From IMG/VR virus record IMGVR_UViG_3300025138_000026, positions 1-64,000 of that record: a stretch of DNA of 64,000 bases; one strand, written 5' to 3'. The position numbers and the translations under genes are program-made. Under the pieces are notes generated by a model. It saw only the letters and a list, made by a program, of their open reading frames with translations, ran no database searches and was not told the origin of the DNA. The DNA is from a virus. Positions 9,823 through 18,348 of the stretch are shown here, one piece after another (the first letter of the stretch is position 1; each line of letters begins with the position of its first letter).

Positions 9823-10565
9823 ATCGTAGTAACCCCCTTTTTCTTGATAACTTTTTGGCAACAATCCTGAGCTAATAGAATAGAGGTTCCTATATTTTTA
9901 GTAAGAGTATAAGAAAGAGAGAACGCAGAAAGAAATGTGTCTCCAGCCCCAGATACATCTCTAATATCAGAAGGGCTTTCAATTGGGTAGTCTCGCTCAT
10001 TATACCAACACCCCTTGGAAGCTTTAGTCACAATTAAATTGTCGCACATATACTTCCATCCATTCTCCTTGTATTCTTTTTCGTTTATTTTTATAAAAGA
10101 AAATAAACGAGCCCAATCTAGATTGCATTTTTTCTTGGTATCTAGGAAAGACAACTTAGCTCTACGACCTATTTCTTTTAATTGAACACTACTGAGAAAA
10201 CCTTTATTATAATCAGAAACAACTACTGCATCATATTCTTCTATATTATCTGGGAGATTGTAACAAAAAGGGTAAGTATCTGTATCGACCCTTAGAAACA
10301 TATGGTTTGATTGCTTATCAATATAGCGAGTCTTATGGCCTTCTGTCTCGTTAGTAACTAATTCTATTTCGTTTACAATAGGAGTTCCTTTGTGGATCTC
10401 CTTATCTACAGCCAACATATTTTTATAGACGTTATGGGCCATACCAAGATTATCATCACTGTATTCTGGAACAAATACAGGGGCAGGAGCTTCTGGACAA
10501 AGTCTTTTGGACTCCCCATAACAAAAACGATCACTACAGGTTTCCCCAATGACTAGCAATCTCAT
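9819..10565 (-). CDS. rfaE1: PfkB-family heptose 7-phosphate kinase (HldE/RfaE domain I)
   Basis: RLCPEAPAPV, SDYNKGFL, KINEKE and DVSGAGDTF. Confidence 0.88.
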   Translation of the reverse strand: MRLLVIGETCSDRFCYGESKRLCPEAPAPVFVPEYSDDNLGMAHNVYKNMLAVDKEIHKGTPIVNEIELVTNETEGHKTRYIDKQSNHMFLRVDTDTYPFCYNLPDNIEEYDAVVVSDYNKGFLSSVQLKEIGRRAKLSFLDTKKKCNLDWARLFSFIKINEKEYKENGWKYMCDNLIVTKASKGCWYNERDYPIESPSDIRDVSGAGDTFLSAFSLSYTLTKNIGTSILLAQDCCQKVIKKKGVTTI

Positions 10566-10936
10566 TTTTGAGAGTCTCCTTTCTCTACTCTGTATGAATC
10601 ATATTCGTGGTGTTCAGTACTTACCTCAAAAACACTAGCATCTTCTAAAGCAGTTAATTTGTGCGGAGTACAGGGTAGTAAATGAACAACATCTCCAGAT
10701 TCTAATTTTTTTTCTAACCGTTCTGCCTTTTTTAAATCAAAATATTCTAATTTTAATACCCCTTTAGTCACACACCAAGTCTCTTCTTTCTTGATGTGAT
10801 AGTGCATTGAAAAACTCGCCCCCTTATTAAAGCGCAAAATTTTACCGCAATATCTCTCGTTATTAATAATCCAAAGCTCATCTCCCCATCCTTTAGGGTG
10901 AACTTCAAGTCTAGAAAAAACAGGCTTAACACTCAT
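10562..10936 (-). CDS. Cupin sugar isomerase (mannose-6-P isomerase type II C-terminal / lyxose isomerase-like)
   Basis: PKGWGDE, SMHYH..KEETW, GD.V.L.P...H and EVST..DSYR cupin motifs. Confidence 0.8.
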   Translation of the reverse strand: MSVKPVFSRLEVHPKGWGDELWIINNERYCGKILRFNKGASFSMHYHIKKEETWCVTKGVLKLEYFDLKKAERLEKKLESGDVVHLLPCTPHKLTALEDASVFEVSTEHHEYDSYRVEKGDSQK

Positions 10937-10943
10937 TGAGAGT

Positions 10944-10971
10944 ATTATAGCCTGTTGAGATGATTATTCAA
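10944..10971 (-). promoter_or_regulatory. Sigma70-type promoter of the heptose operon (leaderless)
   Basis: TTGAAT-16-TATAAT, 7 nt before the ATG at 10936. Confidence 0.65.
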
Positions 10972-10987
10972 GGGTTATTTCAACCAA

Positions 10988-11170
10988 TCATTTCTGCTTG
11001 GCTTTACCGATATTTAACGCAGCCCAATCAATTGCCTTGTATACCTTAGATAAAAAAGTTCCTTCACGAGGAGTGGGGGTAGCTGCAGCGAGAGCGGAAG
11101 CAAAAGCGACAAAAGCTGTAACTACGCCGAACCAAGGGTTATCTTGAAATAATTGAAGAATAGAGTCCAT
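10988..11170 (-). CDS. Small membrane protein, holin-like
   Basis: 60 aa, hydrophobic segment followed by ATPTP, amphipathic KAIDWAALNIGKAK tail; GTGTA upstream. Confidence 0.6.
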   Translation of the reverse strand: MDSILQLFQDNPWFGVVTAFVAFASALAAATPTPREGTFLSKVYKAIDWAALNIGKAKQK

Positions 11171-11223
11171 AATTTTGTGTTGTAATATAAATATATTACA
11201 CCGTTAGAAATATAACGGAAAAT

Positions 11224-12117
11224 TTATATTCTGTTATAAGAGTACATTCTGCCCATATCATACTCTTTAGTAGTAAAATACTGCCATCCGAAATCAACCC
11301 ATCCGAAAGATCCATTAATTCTTGCATTCAAAGGTTCAAATCTTTGAATTTCTTTCTCCATCCAATCTAAATCAGAGTTTAAAATAATTTTCTTATTTAT
11401 ATGCGGATAACAATTCGCAATATTCATCGGCCCACTGTTTATTCCAATAAAAATTGAGCTTTTAGCGATAATTTCAACGGAATCCCAAATATCAAGACCT
11501 CTTTTGTCAATAAATGGAGAAGAGTGGTCTCTAGAACTTCCAATTTGAATTATCTTATAATTGGAATATCTTTTCTTTATCGTATCTAAAACATGATCGG
11601 GGATAAATTGGCCCGTGCTTTTACTAGGTCCAACATGAATTGCTATTTGATCTCTACAGACTTCATTCGGATCTTCATATTTATACAATCTCGGCGCTCT
11701 AGGAATATTTAATTCAGGTTTTTGACCTGTATTAATAAAAAGTTTTTGAAAAATCCATGTATTCCTACTGCTAGCTATCTGGTGCTCAGCGTAAGCGGGA
11801 CACAAACTGTGTATAAGTATTTGGACATTTTTATCAAGTGTTTTATGTAAATTTGTCGATGCCTTTATGTCGGGATTTATCCAATCTATCTCATCGCAGT
11901 AAAGACAGGGAAATCCTGAACTCTCAAATTTTATTTGAAGGTCATCGCTGTGGTCTTCTCTTCTAAGAACGTATGGATTGTGATCAAAAATCCAAGATTT
12001 ATTTATGTCAACTACTTTTTTACCATACCATTTATAAATAGCTTCTGGCACTGAAGCCATTTGAACCCTATCTCCTACTCCATTGTAATCGACATCTATA
12101 AATATATCTCCTTTCAC
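11224..12117 (-). CDS. Glycosyltransferase family 9 (heptosyltransferase-like)
   Basis: N-terminal GVGD, IIQIG and IFIGINSGPMNIA. Confidence 0.75.
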   Translation of the reverse strand: MKGDIFIDVDYNGVGDRVQMASVPEAIYKWYGKKVVDINKSWIFDHNPYVLRREDHSDDLQIKFESSGFPCLYCDEIDWINPDIKASTNLHKTLDKNVQILIHSLCPAYAEHQIASSRNTWIFQKLFINTGQKPELNIPRAPRLYKYEDPNEVCRDQIAIHVGPSKSTGQFIPDHVLDTIKKRYSNYKIIQIGSSRDHSSPFIDKRGLDIWDSVEIIAKSSIFIGINSGPMNIANCYPHINKKIILNSDLDWMEKEIQRFEPLNARINGSFGWVDFGWQYFTTKEYDMGRMYSYNRI

Positions 12118-12419
12118 GATGATAAGTCCACAAATATCGGAGCAATTTCCTCTAATTCTAGACTAATACGATCAATCTCAGAATTATCCATTTTTCTGGA
12201 AAATGTCTTTAGTTTTATTAACTCTTTTTCAAATTTGCAAAAAACCTTACCCTGAGGGAGATCTTCTTTTTTTTTATTATCAAAGATAAAAGTCTCAAAG
12301 ACTTCATAACGTATTGGATCAATACACTTCTCTATAGGATCAAAATTAGAAATACCTATGACATAATCAAAGATGTCATACCTGCTGACTTTGATTTTAG
12401 TTTTCTGCATCTGTAACAT
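12114..12419 (-). CDS. Hypothetical protein
   Basis: 101 aa ORF, stop overlaps the start of the GT9 gene. Confidence 0.6.
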   Translation of the reverse strand: MLQMQKTKIKVSRYDIFDYVIGISNFDPIEKCIDPIRYEVFETFIFDNKKKEDLPQGKVFCKFEKELIKLKTFSRKMDNSEIDRISLELEEIAPIFVDLSS

Positions 12420-12446
12420 TATATTACAGGAGATAATGGAATTCTA

Positions 12447-13067
12447 TTAGATAATCCTAATTCTACTCCGAATACAAGAAACATGACGTTTCTTCTCCAA
12501 AACAGAACCTCCTTCTCTGCTGCCAGCTCCATTAGTATTCCCCTCAATCGTGGTAACATAACCACTGGAATCAACATCTTTAACTGCTAACCCAATATGA
12601 GAAAAAGTGAAAACAACTATATCTCCAGCTTTTATATCTTCATTTGTAGGCTTCCGCAACTCAACTCCTTTTGAGACTTGTTTCCTCGCCCAGTTTTCAA
12701 AATCCCAAGCTCCTGCTGTTTGAGGTCTTTTAAATGAAATATCTTCACCTTCAATAGCCTCCCTAACGAGCCAACAGATGAAGGCAGCGCACCAAGGCCA
12801 ACCTTTATCAGGGTCCAACCAAGTTGCAGCTTTATATACGTCAACCATTGGACCACAGTTACTACCGTCAACTTCCGATACCCCAATCTCTCCACGAGCT
12901 AAGTTAACCATTTTTTCTGAAACACTACTCCCAGAAACTTCTGTTTCGTCTGTAGATAACTTCGCCAATATAGCATTCCAAGTAACTGGGCCATCTGCTC
13001 CGTCAGCAGAAATCTCAAGTAATTTTTGAACAGTTTTAACAACTTCTTTTTTTGATTTAAAGTCCAT
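12447..13067 (-). CDS. Endolysin: peptidoglycan-binding domain plus CHAP amidase
   Basis: N-terminal VQKLL...ADGADGPVTW; catalytic PWCAAF, SHIG and TIEGNT. Confidence 0.88.
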   Translation of the reverse strand: MDFKSKKEVVKTVQKLLEISADGADGPVTWNAILAKLSTDETEVSGSSVSEKMVNLARGEIGVSEVDGSNCGPMVDVYKAATWLDPDKGWPWCAAFICWLVREAIEGEDISFKRPQTAGAWDFENWARKQVSKGVELRKPTNEDIKAGDIVVFTFSHIGLAVKDVDSSGYVTTIEGNTNGAGSREGGSVLEKKRHVSCIRSRIRII

Positions 13068-13072
13068 TTTAA

Positions 13073-13387
13073 TTATTTTTTAATGATTTTTTCAGGGTTT
13101 TTCGCATATTTTTTTGCTAATGCAATAAGACCATTAATGATTTCAGGACTAATTACACCAACAACCCCATAAGAAACAGCTTTAACTAAATCACTTATGG
13201 GAGCATCATGCAAAATAAACCATAAAATCATAGAGAGTATCGCTGCAGAACTAACGTTTTTTGCGAATTCCTTCCAACAGTATTCTACTTTGGAGTTTAG
13301 CATCCTAGCTATCATACCCGCAGCCCCAATTATTGGAATAACCCATCCGCCATCCATAAATTCTCTCATTAGATTTTTTAGGTCCAT
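13073..13387 (-). CDS. Putative holin (start revised to MDLKNL at 13387)
   Basis: Three hydrophobic segments and a basic C-tail, directly upstream of the endolysin; GTGTA 11 nt upstream. Confidence 0.7.
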   Translation of the reverse strand: MDLKNLMREFMDGGWVIPIIGAAGMIARMLNSKVEYCWKEFAKNVSSAAILSMILWFILHDAPISDLVKAVSYGVVGVISPEIINGLIALAKKYAKNPEKIIKK

Positions 13388-13398
13388 GTAAATTAACT

Positions 13399-13423
13399 TA
13401 CACAAAAAAAAGAAATATGTGTA
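13399..13423. promoter_or_regulatory. Back-to-back GTGTA phage promoter motifs (holin on -, envelope cassette on +)
   Basis: TACAC at 13399-13403 and GTGTA at 13419-13423, each exactly 11 nt from its ATG. Confidence 0.65.
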
Positions 13424-13434
13424 TGATTTATTAA

Positions 13435-14610
13435 ATGGGGGAACATCGCAAAAATCTTGCGGAAGCGGAAGCTTTCGCAAAAAAATACTGCAATCCAGAT
13501 GATAGCGAAATCATCTCTAATTTAGACCGCTATGCAAGAGAAACAGCATGGACTTTATTACAGAGAATTAAACACTTGGAACAAAAATCTTGTGTTTGTG
13601 AAGAATGTGGTAGTGAGGTGGAAGAAGAGGTTGAGGAAGAAGAAGTTAAAGTTGAAAAAAATAAAGGTCAGGAAGTGAAGGCTGAAACCACTGAGTCTTC
13701 TACTATGGATAAGTTGTCTGAGATAGCCGAGAAGAATAAGGATATTTTAGATAAAGCTGCAAAAGGTACTGTTGCTGCAGCCGCTGCTGGAGCAACAACC
13801 CAAACAGCAAGTGCCGCTACTGGTCTAAGTGCTTTTGTACAAGAGACGGTTCAAAAAGTAGGAACGATTGGAATAGCTGGCACTATGTCTATAGGTAGTG
13901 GAGCCTACTTCCAAGCCAAAACAACAAAAGAAAAAGGTACTGAGATAGCTGTTGTGGCAGAACAAGAGCACCAGATATTTTCTAATTTAAATGATTTTAC
14001 TGAGACAACAATTGGGTTTCAGCCTTTTGGTGGCGTTTCCGAGGCGATTGTAGAATATGCCGAAAAAGGTTATGGAGATGTCATTGGGACATCTGAAGAA
14101 GGTTACGAGGGGGGAGAAGAAGGAGAAGATGAAGGGTCTGTTGGCGAAGAGGGGGAAGGCGAAGCGTCTGACGAGGCCGAAGGAAATGAGGGCGAGCCTA
14201 AAGAAGAGAATAATGAAGAAACCGAAGGAGAAGCTGTTAAAGAAGAGGATTCTGTAGAAACTGAAGAAGAGGAAACAGAAGAATCCGAAGAAGAGGAAAC
14301 AGAAGAATCCGAAGAAGAGGAAACAGAAGAATCCGAAGAGGAATCTAAAGAGGAGTCTGAAGAAGAGAAAGAAGAGCAAGAAGGAGAAGAGAAAGAAGAG
14401 GAAGAAGGAGAAAAAGTGGAGGAAGAATCTGAAGAGGGTGAGCCTGAAGAAAAAGAGGAGCCTGAAGAACAGCCTGAAGAACAGTCTGAAGAGGGCGAAA
14501 AAGAAAAAACAGATATTGAGAATTCAGAAGAAACATTTGAACTAGAAGAAGATGATCAAGTCACACAAGTCCCTGATGTGATTAAACTCCCCAACATGAT
14601 AAGAAAATAG
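13435..14610 (+). CDS. Glu-rich protein with central Ala/Gly hydrophobic segment, probably membrane-associated
   Basis: 391 aa; CVCEEC; GTVAAAAAGATT..GTIGIAGTMSIGSGAYF; ~170-aa acidic low-complexity C-terminus. Confidence 0.8.
   Translation: MGEHRKNLAEAEAFAKKYCNPDDSEIISNLDRYARETAWTLLQRIKHLEQKSCVCEECGSEVEEEVEEEEVKVEKNKGQEVKAETTESSTMDKLSEIAEKNKDILDKAAKGTVAAAAAGATTQTASAATGLSAFVQETVQKVGTIGIAGTMSIGSGAYFQAKTTKEKGTEIAVVAEQEHQIFSNLNDFTETTIGFQPFGGVSEAIVEYAEKGYGDVIGTSEEGYEGGEEGEDEGSVGEEGEGEASDEAEGNEGEPKEENNEETEGEAVKEEDSVETEEEETEESEEEETEESEEEETEESEEESKEESEEEKEEQEGEEKEEEEGEKVEEESEEGEPEEKEEPEEQPEEQSEEGEKEKTDIENSEETFELEEDDQVTQVPDVIKLPNMIRK
14263..14340 (+). repeat. 24-bp tandem repeat (about 3 copies) encoding EEEETEES
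   Basis: gaagaagaggaaacagaagaatcc repeated. Confidence 0.8.
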
Positions 14611-14615
14611 TTATT

Positions 14616-14807
14616 ATGGAAGATTTATTTGAAAAAATACTCGCTCCTTACATGGGGTCAATGCCTGAGTTTATTATTTCTATCTTGGGTTTATTGGGGA
14701 CGCTTTCTTACATTGTGCCTGAAAATAGTAAGCTGGGTAGGTTGTTAGGGAAGTTGACGGGGAATCTAACTAAACTCAAAAATTTTATACTGAAAAAGAA
14801 GAAATGA
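14616..14807 (+). CDS. Small membrane protein
   Basis: 63 aa, one hydrophobic segment (FIISILGLLGTLSYIV), basic C-terminus, ATGA coupling to the next gene. Confidence 0.65.
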   Translation: MEDLFEKILAPYMGSMPEFIISILGLLGTLSYIVPENSKLGRLLGKLTGNLTKLKNFILKKKK

Positions 14808-15634
14808 AGCGCACACTCATAACTTTACTTTCAATTATTTCTGTAGCTAAATCTGCCGTTATAATCTCTACAGGAGGTATAATACGTAAAATAGACCCAA
14901 CAGGGAACCCTACTATTAACCCTGTAATTAACCCTATAAGACCTACCTCGATTAGTAGTGAGGAAGTCGTAGACACATCTGAAAGCGAAGATAAAAAAGA
15001 AGATTCAATTATTACTTGGGATGCAGAAGAAGAGGATATTTATGATTTTTATGATGCTCCGAATTGGGACTTTTCAGAATCGGACTTGAAAGAGTTGGAT
15101 CGAGATTCTGCCATCACTAGCATACTAACCATAACAGATGCTAAAATACTTGAGGATAGCCCTTCTTACTCTAACATTGAAATTGGAAATGGGTTTTCAG
15201 TGACATTAAAATCTACGAATTTTACTTTCCAAAACAACAATGGTTTTACTGGAGTGAATGATGATGACGATGTTGTCTCTACTTTAAACATAACTGAAGG
15301 ATCGAGTATGAACGCTATGTTTTCTGCAATTGGAATGAAAATAAATGTAGATTCAACTAGTAGCTTGACGCTACGGGGAGCTGGAGACTCAATCAATAGT
15401 CAAATTGAAAGATCTATCGTTAACTTGTCTCCAAATGCTAAAATCACTTTAAATTCATTAGATCAGTTTGCAATACAAGGTGATGATATTTACTTAAATG
15501 GGGTATCTTTCTCCCAAAACCCTTCTATTTTAAAGTTTAATGGTAATACAGGCACTGCAATTCCAGAGGTCCATTTTATTTTTCTTGGTGCTATACCTAT
15601 AATTTTACTTTTAGGTAAACGCAAAACTTATTAG
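14804..15634 (+). CDS. PEP-CTERM-like sorted surface protein
   Basis: Signal peptide MKRTLITLLSIISVAKSA; C-terminus AIPEV-HFIFLGAIPIILLLG-KRK (PEP-like motif, TM, basic); beta-strand-rich S/T/N body. Confidence 0.75.
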   Translation: MKRTLITLLSIISVAKSAVIISTGGIIRKIDPTGNPTINPVINPIRPTSISSEEVVDTSESEDKKEDSIITWDAEEEDIYDFYDAPNWDFSESDLKELDRDSAITSILTITDAKILEDSPSYSNIEIGNGFSVTLKSTNFTFQNNNGFTGVNDDDDVVSTLNITEGSSMNAMFSAIGMKINVDSTSSLTLRGAGDSINSQIERSIVNLSPNAKITLNSLDQFAIQGDDIYLNGVSFSQNPSILKFNGNTGTAIPEVHFIFLGAIPIILLLGKRKTY

Positions 15635-15646
15635 CCTAACTAAATA

Positions 15647-15686
15647 AATGAAAACACGATAGCTAAAAAGCTACCGTGTTTTCATT
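15647..15686. terminator. Hairpin terminator between convergent genes
   Basis: aatgaaaacacg-a-tagct-aaaa-agcta-c-cgtgttttcatt inverted repeat (G-U pair on the minus strand). Confidence 0.75.
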
Positions 15687-15726
15687 ACCTTGTTTTTATG
15701 AACTGATAAATCTCAGTAGATTGGAA

Positions 15727-15924
15727 TTAATCCGATACTACTTCTGCTTCTTCAGCAAACTTGGGTTCAGAATCAACTTCAGGGGGGGGAGAAGCCGCTT
15801 CGCGAACTTTATCCGCTAAGATTACACCAGCTTGAGCTACGTTCAAGCCTTGAGATTTAATCGCGATATCGATTAATTGCATAAGAGCATTAAGCTCTTC
15901 ATCACTAAATTCAATAGAGTTCAT
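15727..15924 (-). CDS. Small hypothetical protein
   Basis: 65 aa; upstream TTGATA-17-TATAAT (15933-15961) 8 nt before the ATG. Confidence 0.7.
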   Translation of the reverse strand: MNSIEFSDEELNALMQLIDIAIKSQGLNVAQAGVILADKVREAASPPPEVDSEPKFAEEAEVVSD

Positions 15925-15978
15925 ATGTGATTATTATATGATTTATAGAATGTAATATCAACTATTTCTTAAAAGAAA

Positions 15979-16224
15979 TTAAGAAAAAGTGGAACCATCG
16001 CCCGTATACCTCAAGCCAGCATCATAAGGAGCTATATAAAGAGATTCTGGTTGGCCCAAATCTCTTATTTTTTTGTTGAATTCCCTACAGACATGTGCGT
16101 CTAAATCACTGCTAGAATAATCATTGTAAAGACCTGTTACTTCAACCCTATAACCAGTCCATGTTCCAGAAGTAATTGAGAAATTAGAGTGTATGTCTCC
16201 TTTTGTGTTATTTGGATCAGGCAT
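15979..16224 (-). CDS. Small TG-rich hypothetical protein (possible virion component)
   Basis: 81 aa with 3 TG and 1 SG; GTGTA motif at 16256-16260. Confidence 0.6.
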   Translation of the reverse strand: MPDPNNTKGDIHSNFSITSGTWTGYRVEVTGLYNDYSSSDLDAHVCREFNKKIRDLGQPESLYIAPYDAGLRYTGDGSTFS

Positions 16225-16270
16225 ATAAATTTAAAGTTAGTGTATATACAAGATCTACACTTAAAAAACT

Positions 16271-16540
16271 CTATTTCACGCTGGGAAAATAAAGCTGCCT
16301 CTCAAGTTTCCTAAATCTAGCATCAGAATGCCAAACTTCATCTGTCTGGGGGGTATATATACCTTTACTTGTCTGAACTGGAATCCCGTTCTGAAGACTT
16401 AGAGTAGAAGGTTGATAAATGTTTAAAGGATTTGTCTTCACTGATGAGTTGTTCCCGCAAGAGATCAGCCCTGTCAGCATCACCGTCATTAGACCTAATA
16501 TCTTCAATCTCTTGGATGATTTTTTTTCGTTTTTTTTCAT
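16271..16540 (-). CDS. Lipoprotein, putative o-spanin
   Basis: Basic n-region, hydrophobic h-region, lipobox LIS-C; overlaps the next ORF out of frame. Confidence 0.6.
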   Translation of the reverse strand: MKKNEKKSSKRLKILGLMTVMLTGLISCGNNSSVKTNPLNIYQPSTLSLQNGIPVQTSKGIYTPQTDEVWHSDARFRKLERQLYFPSVK

Positions 16541-16631
16541 GGTTATTTGTTAATTCAAAGAAGAATAGTTTATTCTTTAAAGTTAAATATAACTCTACTG
16601 ACTTTAATACTGATTTAACTAGAGAGAGCAT
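16365..16631 (-). CDS. Putative i-spanin (coiled-coil protein overlapping the lipoprotein gene)
   Basis: Rz/Rz1-like overlapped arrangement; helical charged body; weak N-terminal hydrophobic segment. Confidence 0.45.
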   Translation of the reverse strand: MLSLVKSVLKSVELYLTLKNKLFFFELTNNHEKKRKKIIQEIEDIRSNDGDADRADLLREQLISEDKSFKHLSTFYSKSSERDSSSDK

Positions 16632-17457
16632 TTAAATTTTCTTCTACATAATCCTTTACACTCTTCCATTTATAATCACCAATAACTTTCAACAACTTAG
16701 AGTTATTTGCTTTAGTAAATCTCTGATATTGTCCCACAAGCTGTTTCGGCATAGGTATTTCCTTGATTTCACATGTCATGTTTGATTGTATTATCTCAGC
16801 GACATCAGTAAACGAAATAGGATTGCCAGTTCCAACATTAAATATACCCGATTCATCTTTAAGAAGCATTTCGTAATGAATCTCACAAATATCATCGACA
16901 CAAACAAAATCCCTTTTTATCCTGTCGCTTTTTTCAAATAAACTTATCTCTCCGTCTTTGTAAGCTTGCTTAATAAACTTGGACACAGGACTCGCCTGAT
17001 CTCCCTTCTTATTTTCTCCTAAGCCATAAACATTAAAATACCTAAAACCTTGGTATGGATAATCTTGATTCAATAACCAGCAATCAAACATATATTTACT
17101 AAAGGCATACGGACTTATAGGTTTACAGAAGTCATCTTCATTAAAATTCCTTCCCACTCCATAAACAGAGGCGCTGCTTGCATACTGGAACTTAATATCT
17201 ACGCTCGCACATAGCTCAAATAGTTTTTTGGAAAATTCAAAATTCTGCTTGAGAATTTTCTTTAAATTTCTCTCTGTTGTGCTGGAATTTGCCCCAAGGT
17301 GAATAACAATATCTTGGTCAAGGACATTTGGCAACCCAACATCCCCAAGGTGAATATCAAATTTTGTTACATTATATCCCCTGTGAGATAAATAGGCGGC
17401 TAAATTGCCGCCTATGAATCCACCTGCGCCAGTAATTAATACTCTATTCGCTTTCAC
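16615..17457 (-). CDS. hldD: ADP-L-glycero-D-manno-heptose 6-epimerase (start probably GTG at 17457)
   Basis: ITGAGGFIG, HLGANSSTTE, YASSASVYG, YAFSK, RYFNVYG..E..KG and RDFVCVDD. Confidence 0.88.
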   Translation of the reverse strand: MKANRVLITGAGGFIGGNLAAYLSHRGYNVTKFDIHLGDVGLPNVLDQDIVIHLGANSSTTERNLKKILKQNFEFSKKLFELCASVDIKFQYASSASVYGVGRNFNEDDFCKPISPYAFSKYMFDCWLLNQDYPYQGFRYFNVYGLGENKKGDQASPVSKFIKQAYKDGEISLFEKSDRIKRDFVCVDDICEIHYEMLLKDESGIFNVGTGNPISFTDVAEIIQSNMTCEIKEIPMPKQLVGQYQRFTKANNSKLLKVIGDYKWKSVKDYVEENLNALSS

Positions 17458-17890
17458 AATTACATCTACATCCACTATCAGAATTACATTCTTCAATAAG
17501 ATTCTTGATCAGTTGCTCGCTAAAATCAGATTCTTTAATCTTAGCTAGTTCTTTATTAAGACTCTCATCTCCAGTATCGTCTTCTAGATCAGATTTACAA
17601 AAGAAATCAAAGTTATCATGCAGAGTATAATGCTGAATAACCTCTACAACTAACTCATTATTTTTAAATGACTTACTTAAAGAATAAGAAGAATACCTAT
17701 TTACAGCGTTTTTCTTATTTTCAGTTTCAATTTCAGAATTAGTCAACTCTACTTTTCCTCCCTGACTTTTATATTTTTTTAAAACCCAGATTTTTTTAGC
17801 ATATTCCGTACCCTGTTGAAACTTGATATCAGCGTCAAAAGATAAACTGCGATATAACTCATCATCTAAAAACTCAACTATATAAGGCAT
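17444..17890 (-). CDS. Hypothetical protein
   Basis: 148 aa ORF; GTGTA motif 11 nt upstream (17902-17906). Confidence 0.7.
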   Translation of the reverse strand: MPYIVEFLDDELYRSLSFDADIKFQQGTEYAKKIWVLKKYKSQGGKVELTNSEIETENKKNAVNRYSSYSLSKSFKNNELVVEVIQHYTLHDNFDFFCKSDLEDDTGDESLNKELAKIKESDFSEQLIKNLIEECNSDSGCRCNCESE

Positions 17891-17906
17891 TATAAGTGTC
17901 TTACAC

Positions 17907-18134
17907 CTATTCTTCTAAATTACCATCTGTATTTTCAACTGATGCTGACTCAACTTTGGATTGAAGCTCCTCTAGAGCCGAAACCTTTTCTTCTTCCGAC
18001 ATCTGCTCTATATTCTGCTCTACTTCTTGAACAGCTAGATTGTGCATAATGTTAATAGCTTCCGCCAAAGTAATCCGAGAAACCATCTCAGAAGTCAAAA
18101 AAGACTTTAGCTTATTTGTGTCTTCTTTGGTCAT
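17907..18134 (-). CDS. Small helical hypothetical protein (start revised to MTKEDT)
   Basis: ATG at 18134 immediately follows the stop of the upstream gene. Confidence 0.6.
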   Translation of the reverse strand: MTKEDTNKLKSFLTSEMVSRITLAEAINIMHNLAVQEVEQNIEQMSEEEKVSALEELQSKVESASVENTDGNLEE

Positions 18135-18135
18135 A

Positions 18136-18348
18136 TCAGTCTTTCTCTTTACTCGCGTAAATCCTAATATCTGGCTGGTTTGAACCCTTTTCTTTAAAAG
18201 AGTTTGGGAAACAGACAATTTTAAGCTCATTACCGTCTGCGTCCTTGATAGAACCACTATAGTAAGATTGCTTCTGACCGTCTACTCTCCAAAGAGCGCC
18301 TAATTCGCGCTGCTTCCATTCATCGTTTTGTTTAGTGTTTTCACTCAT
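18136..18348 (-). CDS. DUF736-like small protein (start revised to MSENTK)
   Basis: LGALW...YYSG.I....IVCFPN..KEK..NQPD.RIY pattern. Confidence 0.55.
   Translation of the reverse strand: MSENTKQNDEWKQRELGALWRVDGQKQSYYSGSIKDADGNELKIVCFPNSFKEKGSNQPDIRIYASKEKD

Noticed and set aside
13987-14536. Phe/Leu-rich minus-strand ORFs resembling membrane proteins
   Set aside because: Antisense reading of the GAA-rich acidic gene.
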